This document shows positions 9,812 to 18,369 of a stretch of 64,000 nt of DNA, piece by piece. Within the stretch, counting starts at the first letter, position 1. Each line of letters begins with the position of its first letter. Source of the stretch: Candidatus Phosphitivorax anaerolimi (lineage in GTDB: Bacteria; Desulfobacterota; Desulfomonilia; UBA1062); the NCBI GenBank assembly GCA_001896555.1, contig MPOS01000028.1:7603-71602 (forward strand), in the 5' to 3' direction. A program made the translations under genes and the position numbers. Below the pieces are notes generated by a model. That model ran no database searches. It was given only the letters and a program-made list of their open reading frames with translations, and was not told where the DNA came from.

Positions 9812-11538
9812 TTCTCACCTCCGATGGCCCCGGGTGCGCAGAGATCGGCGCACACGCCGCATCCCACACACGTCTCGTTGATGTGGGCCTTCTCGTCTCT
9901 GAATTCGATGGCGGGACACCCCAGTCCGATGCACACCTTGCAGCCCGTGCAAACATCCGCATCCACGGTGAGCGCCCTGCCTGGGACCTTGCGTGACTTC
10001 AGCAGAACGCATGGCGCCTTCGAGATGATCACTGACGGGCCTTCGAACGCCAGTGCCTCTTTCACGTCCTTTCTGGCCTGCTTGACGTCGTAGGGGTCAA
10101 CGGTCCTGACCCACTCGATCCCCAGCGCCCTGACAAGGTTTTCCAGGTCAAGGTTCACGGTCCTCTCGCCCCGTACCGTGATTCCGGTGCCCGGATGGTC
10201 CTGCGAGCCCGTCATGGCCGTGGTGGAGTTGTCGAGGATCACGATGAGCGCCGCGCCATTGTTGTAGGCGAGGTTGAGCAGCCCGGTGATGCCCGAGTGG
10301 TAGAAGGTCGAGTCGCCGATGACCGCGGCGATCTTCTCTTTCCCCGGACCGAAAACAGTGGCCATGCCGTGGGCGTGGTTGATGCCCGCCCCCATGCATA
10401 GGCAGGTGTCAATGGCCGAGAGCGGCGGGAGGAATCCCAAAGTGTAGCAACCGATGTCGCCTGCGATGAAGCACTTGTTGCGCTTCAAGGCCCAGAGCAT
10501 GCCCCGGTGCGGGCATCCGGGACACATGCTGGGAGGACGCGGCGGCAGGTCGGGCTGGGCCCCGTCATCCGGTGCGGCCCCTGTTATCGCGCTCTGGATG
10601 ATGTCCGGATTCAGCTCTCCGCACAGGGGCAGCCGGTCCTTGCCGTGGCAGTCGATGCCTAAGGCCTTCACCTGCTCCTCCATGAACGGGTCGAGCTCCT
10701 CGACGACCCAGAGCTCTTCCACCTGGGCGGTGAACTTTCTGATGAGCTTTTCCGGCAGAGGATACGACAGGCCCACCTTCAGAAACGAGGCATCCGGAAA
10801 GGCCTCTTTCGCATACTGGTAGGCCACCCCGGATGAGATGATGCCGAGCTTCGGACTGCCCATCTCAATGACATTCAGGGGCGAGGCGTCGGAATAAACT
10901 TTGAGCGACCGGATGCGCTCTTCGATCACGGGATGGCGCACCCGCGCATTGGCCGGCAGCATCACCCACTCCGCCGGATGGCGTTCGAGAGAGGGGGTGC
11001 GGCCGCCCTTCTTGTCGCCAAGCTCAACCACACCCATGGAGTGGGATATCCGCGTGGTGGTGCGCAGCAGCACCGGGGTCCCGAACTCCTCGCTGATCTG
11101 CACGGCTTCGATCGTGAAGTCCTTGGCCTCCTGCGAGGTGGATGGCTCCAGCATCGGGATCTTGGCGAACCGGGCATAGTGCCGGTTGTCCTGTTCGTTC
11201 TGCGAGGAGAACAGCTCGGGGTCGTCGGCGCTCACCAGAACGATCCCGCCCCGGATCAGGGTGTAGGGCAGGGTCATGAGAGGGTCTGCGGCCACGTTCA
11301 CCCCCACGTGCTTCATGACCGCCATGCAGCGGGCCCCTGCATAGGACGCCCCGGCGGCAACCTCAAGGGCGACCTTCTCGTTGGGAGTCCACTCCGCATG
11401 AATCTCGGGGTACTCGTCCGCCACGGTCTGCAGGATCTCGGTCGATGGTGTGCCGGGATATGCCGAGACAAAGCTCACCCCAGCCTCGAACGCCCCCCGG
11501 GCGATTGCCTCGTTTCCGCTCAATATCTTCTTCATCAC
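9808..11538 (-). CDS. iorA: Indolepyruvate:ferredoxin oxidoreductase alpha subunit (TPP-binding, two C-terminal 4Fe-4S motifs)
   Basis: 576 aa. N-terminal GNEAIARGAFEAGVSFVSAYPGTPSTEI; C-terminal CTGCKVCIGLGCP ... CVGCGVCADLCAP. Starts GTG 11538 / ATG 11535 with an AAGGGGAA RBS. Confidence 0.85.
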   Translation of the reverse strand: MMKKILSGNEAIARGAFEAGVSFVSAYPGTPSTEILQTVADEYPEIHAEWTPNEKVALEVAAGASYAGARCMAVMKHVGVNVAADPLMTLPYTLIRGGIVLVSADDPELFSSQNEQDNRHYARFAKIPMLEPSTSQEAKDFTIEAVQISEEFGTPVLLRTTTRISHSMGVVELGDKKGGRTPSLERHPAEWVMLPANARVRHPVIEERIRSLKVYSDASPLNVIEMGSPKLGIISSGVAYQYAKEAFPDASFLKVGLSYPLPEKLIRKFTAQVEELWVVEELDPFMEEQVKALGIDCHGKDRLPLCGELNPDIIQSAITGAAPDDGAQPDLPPRPPSMCPGCPHRGMLWALKRNKCFIAGDIGCYTLGFLPPLSAIDTCLCMGAGINHAHGMATVFGPGKEKIAAVIGDSTFYHSGITGLLNLAYNNGAALIVILDNSTTAMTGSQDHPGTGITVRGERTVNLDLENLVRALGIEWVRTVDPYDVKQARKDVKEALAFEGPSVIISKAPCVLLKSRKVPGRALTVDADVCTGCKVCIGLGCPAIEFRDEKAHINETCVGCGVCADLCAPGAIGGEK

Positions 11539-11564
11539 GTATTCCCCTTGACTCGACTCGGATA

Positions 11565-11605
11565 TAAAAAAAGGCCATGGCGTTCACCCATGGCCTTTTC
11601 TCTTC
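11565..11605. terminator. Intrinsic terminator-like hairpin flanked by A7 upstream and T-rich downstream (bidirectional)
   Basis: Stem AGGCCATGG / CCATGGCCT, loop CGTTCAC. On the minus strand the hairpin is followed by seven U. It lies about 30 nt upstream of the iorA start codon. Confidence 0.7.
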
Positions 11606-11617
11606 CCCGCCGGAAAC

Positions 11618-11689
11618 ACTGGCCTATGGGCGTACTTTCATCCCTCTAAAGATGAAAAAGTAAAAGCCCAAGAGTTCCAGTGTGTTCGG
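11618..11689 (-). CDS. Candidate 23-aa leader peptide MLPNTLELLGFYFFIFRGMKVRP (aromatic-rich) in the iorA leader
   Basis: Minus-strand mini-ORF (my own translation) ending 17 nt before the terminator hairpin. There is a weak GAAG upstream. A TTGACA-N15-TAGAAT promoter-like site lies at about 11740..11702 (minus strand). Confidence 0.25.
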
Positions 11690-11926
11690 CAACATAGCTT
11701 CTACACTATTCTATAGAAATATTTTGGCTGTCAAGCCTTTTTGCGCACAGGACCCAGCTGCATCCAGCATATCGGCAGGATCAGGCCTTCGACCCCCTAT
11801 GCATGCTTCGCATGAAGGACCTGGGCATGACCCTGTAACTCAAAACCATAGCCGGCCACTCTTGCTCATGATACCGGGCGTGTGAACGATGCGGCGGAAC
11901 CTGACCCCTCGCTGAAAGCGCTACCC

Positions 11927-12805
11927 TTACCCTGCTTCGGACGCACCCAGGGCCATGGGGACCTCGTCCTCCGCCGTGCTTTCCTTCCCGCGATCTGCAC
12001 CATGCCGGTAGACGTGCACATCCCTCTGGGGGAAGGGGATCTTGACGCCGTTGGCATCGAACTGCTTTTTCGCCTCTTCCACGGTTTCGAAGTACACTCC
12101 CCAGTAATCGGCCGTTTTTACCCAGACCCTCAACTCGATGTTCACGCTATTCTCATCGAGGGTCTTGACGATGATCATGGCCGCAGGATCTTTCAAAATC
12201 CGGTGGTCGTTGTCCACGATGTTCCGGAGGATCTTCCTCACCTTGTCGATATCGTCCTGATAGCTCACCCTGAAGGGCATGTCGACGCGCCTGGTTTCAT
12301 GCGCAGAATAGTTGACGATATTGTCGCTCATGATCTTGGAGTTGGGAATGATGACGAGCTTGTTGTCAGGGGTCTTCAGCGTGGTGGTGAATATCTGGAT
12401 CTTGTCGACCGTGCCTGCCACGCCCGCGCCTTCGATGTAATCACCCGCCTTGAATGGCTTGAATATGATCATGAGGAAGCCGGCGGCGAAATTCGCCAGC
12501 GACCCCTGCAGAGCCAGGCCGATCGCCAGGCCGGCGGCACCGATGACCGCGATGAACGAGGTGGTCTGGATCCCCAGCTGGGCGAGCGCCGCCAGGACGA
12601 TAAAGACCATGAGCGCGACATAGGTGACGTGTTCGACAAAGGAGACGATGGTCGGATCCACCTTTCCCTTGTTCAAAAAACGCTGGGTTATCTTCGTGAT
12701 ACCCTTTGCCGCCCATCGCCCGACAACCAGAATGACCGCGGCTGCAATGATCTTGATTCCATAAAAGGCAGCCAGCTCCTGCAATTTCATTACCAGCCCT
12801 TCCAT
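11927..12805 (-). CDS. mscS: Small-conductance mechanosensitive channel (MscS family)
   Basis: 292 aa. Three N-terminal TM helices including the Gly/Ala-rich pore helix (AVIGAAGLAIGLALQGSLANFAAG), then the MscS beta-domain. Confidence 0.85.
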   Translation of the reverse strand: MEGLVMKLQELAAFYGIKIIAAAVILVVGRWAAKGITKITQRFLNKGKVDPTIVSFVEHVTYVALMVFIVLAALAQLGIQTTSFIAVIGAAGLAIGLALQGSLANFAAGFLMIIFKPFKAGDYIEGAGVAGTVDKIQIFTTTLKTPDNKLVIIPNSKIMSDNIVNYSAHETRRVDMPFRVSYQDDIDKVRKILRNIVDNDHRILKDPAAMIIVKTLDENSVNIELRVWVKTADYWGVYFETVEEAKKQFDANGVKIPFPQRDVHVYRHGADRGKESTAEDEVPMALGASEAG

Positions 12806-13007
12806 ATGCTCCTCCTCGGTTGTTTTTAATTATGTGTTCGGATATCCTGACATGGATCTCGGTAAGCAGACGTGTTGTATCATGGCCCCTTAGACCGGGC
12901 CTGTCAACAGGAATACTGTAAATGTGCACTGTCGGGATAAACCGTCTTGACAGATACCTCGATCTTCCGATAGCCTCCCAAACGCAAGAATAAGGTGGGC
13001 TTTTAGA

Positions 13008-14090
13008 ATGGATCGAAAAGAGGCTTGGATCGCCCTCGATCTCATTCCCGGTATCGGGCCCAAAAGCGTGATCAGGCTCCTCGAGTTTTTTCACACCCCG
13101 GAAGCGATCATCTCCGCGCCGGTTTCGCGGATCAGGGAGCTGAACATCCTGAACCAGGCGCAGATACGCGGGATGAGCCGGGGTGTTGACAGGGAAGCAC
13201 TGAGGCGGGTGAAGACCGCGATAAAAGAGCACCGGTTTTCCGTGCTCACCTGGGACGATCCGGAATATCCCCGGGCACTGCGGCACATCGAGGATCCACC
13301 CGTGGTGCTGTATGTACGCGGCAGCCTGGAGGACTTTGAGCCCGCGGTAGCCGTGGTGGGGACCCGGGCACCTTCCCGATACGGGAGCGACACGGCATAC
13401 CGCCTCTCCCGTGACTTGAGCATGCAGGGACTTTCCATCGTTTCCGGGCTCGCCCGCGGCATCGACACCCGGGCACACACGGGGGCACTGGAGGGTCAGG
13501 GCAAAAACATCGCGGTGCTCGGCACCGGCATCGACGTGATCTATCCCCCGGAGAACGCCGGTCTGGCCGATAAGATCGCAGAAAGAGGAGCTGTCGTCTC
13601 CGAGCTGCCCCCTGGCGTGCAGCCCGAACCCGGAAACTTTCCCCGGAGAAACCGGATCATCTCCGGCCTCTCTTCAGGGGTGATCGTGGTGGAGGCGGCC
13701 GGACGCTCCGGAGCGCTCATCACGGCCCGGCTGGCAGGCGAACAGGGGCGGATTGTCATGGCGGTTCCCGGACCGGTGACCAACATGCGGTCGCAGGGCC
13801 CCCACCGGCTCATCCGTGAAGGCGCCGTACTGGTCAGGGATGCGGACGATGTCATGGAGGAGATCGCCCCCCAGATCAAGGGATTGATCGAAAAATCCGA
13901 AACATCCGGGCAGGCGCATGATGATATCCTGAGGCTTGTGGGCGGCGGCCCGCTGAGCATCGACGATATCGCCGACGAGCTGGGGCTCGAGGTGGTTGAA
14001 GTCGCCAGGAGGGTGAGCATACTTGAGCTGAAGGGAGAGGTCGTGAGAATCGAGGGCAACAGATTCACGGCAAGGAGCATACATGGCTAA
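13008..14090 (+). CDS. dprA: DNA-processing protein DprA (Smf)
   Basis: 360 aa. Rossmann-like DprA core (VVGTRAPSRYG ... IVSGLARGIDTRAH ... GTGIDVIYPPEN) plus a C-terminal winged-helix-like tail. Confidence 0.9.
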   Translation: MDRKEAWIALDLIPGIGPKSVIRLLEFFHTPEAIISAPVSRIRELNILNQAQIRGMSRGVDREALRRVKTAIKEHRFSVLTWDDPEYPRALRHIEDPPVVLYVRGSLEDFEPAVAVVGTRAPSRYGSDTAYRLSRDLSMQGLSIVSGLARGIDTRAHTGALEGQGKNIAVLGTGIDVIYPPENAGLADKIAERGAVVSELPPGVQPEPGNFPRRNRIISGLSSGVIVVEAAGRSGALITARLAGEQGRIVMAVPGPVTNMRSQGPHRLIREGAVLVRDADDVMEEIAPQIKGLIEKSETSGQAHDDILRLVGGGPLSIDDIADELGLEVVEVARRVSILELKGEVVRIEGNRFTARSIHG

Positions 14091-16422
14091 ATCACTCGTG
14101 ATCGTGGAGTCACCCACGAAGGCGAAAACCATAAAGAGATACCTGGGCAAGGACTTCGAGGTCCATGCCACCATGGGGCACATCAAGGATCTGCCCAAGA
14201 GCGTGCTCGGGGTGGATATTGACGACGGCTTTGCCCCTCACTATCTCGTCAAGCCGGAAAAACGGGAGACCGTAAAGAAGCTGCGCAAGCTCGCGGAATC
14301 TGCCGACACCATCTATCTGGCGTCCGACCCCGACCGCGAGGGCGAGGCAATCGCCTGGCACGTGGCCGAGGAGCTGAAAAAGCCCGGCGCCTCCGTGGGA
14401 CGGATCATCTTCCACGAGATCACCAAGAAGGCGATCGACCAGGCCATAAAGAAGCCGCAGCCGCTCAACCGCTCGCTCTATGACGCCCAGAAGGCACGGC
14501 GGGTCATGGACCGGATCGTGGGCTACACCATGAGCCCGCTGCTCTGGAAGCGGGTGAAGCGGGGGCTGTCCGGCGGCCGCGTGCAGTCGGTGGCGGTCCG
14601 TCTCATCTGCATGCGCCAGGAAGAGATCGAAAACTTCGTTCCCGAGGAATACTGGACCATCGATGTATCCCTTCAGACCCCGGGCGGCGAGGTTCTTGCC
14701 GCCAAGGTCGTGAACCCCAAGGAGATCCCCGACGAGCAGACCTCGCACCGCATCGCCGGGGAGATCAGAGGCGCCAAGAGCATTACGGTGGAGAAGATCA
14801 AGAAGCAGGTGAGGCAGAAGCACCCCCTGCCGCCCTATATCACCTCCACGCTCCAGCAGGCGGCTTCGTCCCGGCTGCGTTTTTCCGCCAAGAAGACCAT
14901 GATGATCGCCCAGCAGCTCTATGAGGGCATTTCGCTCGGGAGCGGCGAGGTCACGGGCCTGATCACCTACATGCGAACCGACTCACCCGTGGTGTCGGGA
15001 GAGGCGATCCAGCAGGCCCGGTCGTTCATCCCCGAGGCATACGGCAAGTCTTACCTCCCGGACAAACCCCGGCAGTACCGGGCCAAGAAATCGGCCCAGG
15101 AGGCGCACGAGGCCATCCGGCCCACAGACGTCCGCCACACCCCCGAGGCGGTCAGGCCTTATCTGAACAAGGACCAGCAGGCGCTCTACGAGATGATCTG
15201 GAGGCGGTTCATCGCCTCGCAGATGGCGAGCGCGGTCTTCGATCAGACCACGGTGGATATCGCCGCCGGGAACGTGGGCCTGCGGGCGGCAGGCTCGATC
15301 ATGCGCTTCGATGGATACTTAAAGATCTACGGCATGCAGGACGAGAAGGACACCCTGCTGCCCGAGGGCATGGCCGAGGGCGACGTGCTGACCCTGAAAG
15401 ACCTGTGCGAGAAGCAGCACTTCACCCAGCCACCCCCCCGCTATACCGAGGCGAGCCTCATCAAGGAGCTCGAGGAAAAGGGCATCGGCAGGCCGAGCAC
15501 CTATGCGCCCATCATCTCCACGATCCAGGAGCGAGGCTACGTGACCATGGAGCAGCGTGCGTTCGTGCCCACCGAGCTGGGCAGGGACGTAAACCAGCTG
15601 CTGGTCAAGCACTATCCCCACATCCTCGACATCGGCTTCACGGCCCGGATGGAGGACTCACTCGACGAGCTCGAAGACGGCAAGACCGACTATGTTCACA
15701 CCATGCGCTCCTTTTACGACACCTATAAGAAGGAGCACGAGCAGGCCTCCTCGGAGATGAAGAACCTCCGGGCCGAGCAGAGGCCCTCGGGCCTTAAGTG
15801 CGAGGTGTGCGGCAAGGACATGCTCATCAAGCTCGGCAAGAACGGCTATTTCCTCGGCTGCGCGGGCTACCCCCAGTGCACCAACACCCGGGAGTTCACC
15901 CGGGACGAAAGCGGCAGGATCCACCCCGTGGAGACGCCCGGCCCGGAGCCCACGGATGAGGTGTGCGAGAAGTGCGGCTCGCCCATGGTGCTCAAGAAAG
16001 GCAGGTATGGCCCCTTCCTGGCCTGCAGCAACTACCCCGCATGCAAGAACACACGGCCTGCGGTCAAGACCGAGATGACCGACAAGGTGTGTGAGAAGTG
16101 CGGCTCGCCCATGGTGGTCAGGAGCGGGAGGTACGGCCCTTTCCTGGCCTGCAGCAACTATCCGGCGTGCAAGAACATTCAGCCCTACCCTCTGGGGATC
16201 AAGTGCGCGATCCCCGGATGCACGGGCGAGATCAGACAGCAGCGCTCCCGCAAAGGCAAGACTTACTATTCCTGCTCGCAGAAGGGTTGCTCCTTCATCA
16301 GCTGGACCAAGCCGGTTCAGAAGCCATGTCCGGCGTGCAATGCCGAGTTCATGATTAGGAAGGGCAAGGCCCTCGTCTGCCCCAATCCGCAGTGCGGCCA
16401 CCATGAAGAAGAAGGATCGTAA
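14083..16422 (+). CDS. topA: DNA topoisomerase I with C-terminal Cys4 zinc-ribbon repeats
   Basis: 779 aa. TOPRIM N-terminus (LVIVESPTKAKTI), active-site region (LITYMRTDS), four CxxC...CxxC zinc ribbons. The conserved dprA-topA-trmFO order holds. Confidence 0.95.
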   Translation: MAKSLVIVESPTKAKTIKRYLGKDFEVHATMGHIKDLPKSVLGVDIDDGFAPHYLVKPEKRETVKKLRKLAESADTIYLASDPDREGEAIAWHVAEELKKPGASVGRIIFHEITKKAIDQAIKKPQPLNRSLYDAQKARRVMDRIVGYTMSPLLWKRVKRGLSGGRVQSVAVRLICMRQEEIENFVPEEYWTIDVSLQTPGGEVLAAKVVNPKEIPDEQTSHRIAGEIRGAKSITVEKIKKQVRQKHPLPPYITSTLQQAASSRLRFSAKKTMMIAQQLYEGISLGSGEVTGLITYMRTDSPVVSGEAIQQARSFIPEAYGKSYLPDKPRQYRAKKSAQEAHEAIRPTDVRHTPEAVRPYLNKDQQALYEMIWRRFIASQMASAVFDQTTVDIAAGNVGLRAAGSIMRFDGYLKIYGMQDEKDTLLPEGMAEGDVLTLKDLCEKQHFTQPPPRYTEASLIKELEEKGIGRPSTYAPIISTIQERGYVTMEQRAFVPTELGRDVNQLLVKHYPHILDIGFTARMEDSLDELEDGKTDYVHTMRSFYDTYKKEHEQASSEMKNLRAEQRPSGLKCEVCGKDMLIKLGKNGYFLGCAGYPQCTNTREFTRDESGRIHPVETPGPEPTDEVCEKCGSPMVLKKGRYGPFLACSNYPACKNTRPAVKTEMTDKVCEKCGSPMVVRSGRYGPFLACSNYPACKNIQPYPLGIKCAIPGCTGEIRQQRSRKGKTYYSCSQKGCSFISWTKPVQKPCPACNAEFMIRKGKALVCPNPQCGHHEEEGS

Positions 16423-17725
16423 GGTCCGCGTCATCGGCGGGGGGCTGGCCGGCGTGGAGGCGGCCCGGTTCCTGTCGGACAGGGGCCTTATAGTCGAGCT
16501 CTTCGAGATGCGTCCCGGCAAGAGCACCCCTGCCCACAAAACCGGGCTTCTGGGCGAGCTCGTATGCAGCAACTCGCTCAAGGGCACGGACCCGCAGACC
16601 GCCCACGGGCTGCTCAAAAAGGAGATGTCACGCCTGAACTCGCTCGTGCTCCGGGCGGCGCGAGAGACGAGCGTTCCCGCGGGCAAGGCCCTGGCCGTCG
16701 ACCGGGATGCCTTCGCCGCAACGCTCACCCGGGAGATCGAGTCGGACGAGCGTATACAGGTCGTGCGCCGGGAGGTGTGCGAGATCGACCCGGAGATCCC
16801 CACCATCGTTGCCACCGGGCCGCTGACCTCAGATGCCCTCGCGGCGCGGCTTGCGGACATGCTGGGGAGCGAGAGGATGTTTTTCTACGACGCCATCTCC
16901 CCCATCGTAGACGCACAGAGCATCGACATGAGCCGTGCGTTCTTCGGATCGCGCTGGGAGGAAGGCAGCGCAGACTACCTGAACTGTCCCCTGGAAAAAG
17001 ACGAGTACGACCGCTTCGTCCGGGCCCTGCTTGAGGCGGACCGGGTGCAGGCGCATGCCTTTGAGGACGCCCGCTTCTTCGATGCGTGCCTGCCTGTTGA
17101 GGTGATCGCCGGGCGCGGAAGCGAGTCGCTGCGCTACGGGCCCATGCGGCCGGTGGGCATGGTTGACCCATCGACCGGCAGGCGCCCCTATGCCGTGCTC
17201 CAGCTGCGCAGGGAAAACCTCAAAGGCGACGCCTACAACATGGTGGGGTTCCAGACACGGCTCACCTATCCCGAGCAGAAGCGGGTCTTCTCCCTCATCC
17301 CGGCGCTCTCCCGCGCCGTGTTCCACCGCTATGGGAGCATCCACCGGAATACCTATTTCGACTCACCCCGGGTGCTGAACCGGGACTTGAGCCTCAAGGG
17401 GTATCCCCGCGTTTTTCTCGCTGGGCAGCTCACCGGCGTGGAAGGCTACATGGAGTCCGCGTCCACCGGCATCTATGCCGCAATCGGCCTGCTGTCGGGT
17501 CTCAAGGGAAAGGAGCTCCCCGTCCCGCCGGCCGATACCGCGCTGGGCGCCCTCATTCAGTACATCACAGAGCCGCGCGAAGGCAGACTTCAGCCTTCGA
17601 ACATCAACTTTGGAATCATGGAAGCCTCAGTGAACATTCCCAAGAAAAGAAGAAGTGAGATACGACTTGAGCGTGAGGCCATGTCATTTGAAAACTGGTA
17701 CCATTCTCTGTCCGGTTTGATCTGA
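16403..17725 (+). CDS. trmFO: Methylenetetrahydrofolate--tRNA-(uracil-5-)-methyltransferase TrmFO (Gid)
   Basis: 440 aa. FAD-binding VRVIGGGLAGVEAA and GidA-like body; sits immediately after topA. Confidence 0.85.
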   Translation: MKKKDRKVRVIGGGLAGVEAARFLSDRGLIVELFEMRPGKSTPAHKTGLLGELVCSNSLKGTDPQTAHGLLKKEMSRLNSLVLRAARETSVPAGKALAVDRDAFAATLTREIESDERIQVVRREVCEIDPEIPTIVATGPLTSDALAARLADMLGSERMFFYDAISPIVDAQSIDMSRAFFGSRWEEGSADYLNCPLEKDEYDRFVRALLEADRVQAHAFEDARFFDACLPVEVIAGRGSESLRYGPMRPVGMVDPSTGRRPYAVLQLRRENLKGDAYNMVGFQTRLTYPEQKRVFSLIPALSRAVFHRYGSIHRNTYFDSPRVLNRDLSLKGYPRVFLAGQLTGVEGYMESASTGIYAAIGLLSGLKGKELPVPPADTALGALIQYITEPREGRLQPSNINFGIMEASVNIPKKRRSEIRLEREAMSFENWYHSLSGLI

Positions 17726-17791
17726 CTGACGCACTGAAATTATCGACTTGCCGGAGCAGGCCGCAACCTGCCCCTTTGTAGACTGTTCAGG

Positions 17792-17992
17792 CTACGCCTT
17801 TACTACATTTGCTGCCTGGGGGCCTTTGGGGCCCTTTACCACCTCGAAAACTACTTTGTCCCCCTCTGCAAGTGTCTTGAATCCATCCTGCTTGATGGCA
17901 GAGTAATGCACGAACACATCGTTGCCGCCATCTTCTGTGATGAACCCAAAGCCCTTTTTCTCATTAAACCACTTAACTGTTCCTGTAGCCAT
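17792..17992 (-). CDS. cspA: Cold-shock protein (CspA family)
   Basis: 66 aa, [18 protein letters not shown] ... with RNP1/RNP2 motifs. Confidence 0.95.
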   Translation of the reverse strand: MATGTVKWFNEKKGFGFITEDGGNDVFVHYSAIKQDGFKTLAEGDKVVFEVVKGPKGPQAANVVKA

Positions 17993-18369
17993 GCATTTAC
18001 CTCCATTTGCAGCCCCTTCTCTGGCAAGGAGAAGAAACCGTAATGCTGTCGTCTGGAAAAACGTATTTCCCAGAAACCTGAGGAAAACTTACAGAGGGTT
18101 TTACCGCGGGTTACTGTGGTAATTTCGTATTCCAGCTAAAATCCATATAAAGGCAATTTTTTATGCTGTCAAGGAGGAACGATTGAAATCTTTAAGGAAA
18201 ATGACAGCTTTGCATACCGGGTGAAAAACATACCGTTTAAGAGTTGTTTTTTTCCCGTGTTTTCTTCCAGATACCCCTTGAAGCACCCCGGGGAAGTTGT
18301 TATGCATGAATCCTGCGAGGGAAAAAATCCCCCGGGCCTCCCGGAAACGGGAGGTGCAAAGGAGCACGC

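Noticed and set aside
11565-11605. Reading the hairpin as a plus-strand terminator of a plus-strand gene
   Set aside because: There is no plus-strand CDS or promoter upstream of it. The minus-strand orientation has the better U-tract (U7) and a clear biological context (mscS end / iorA leader).
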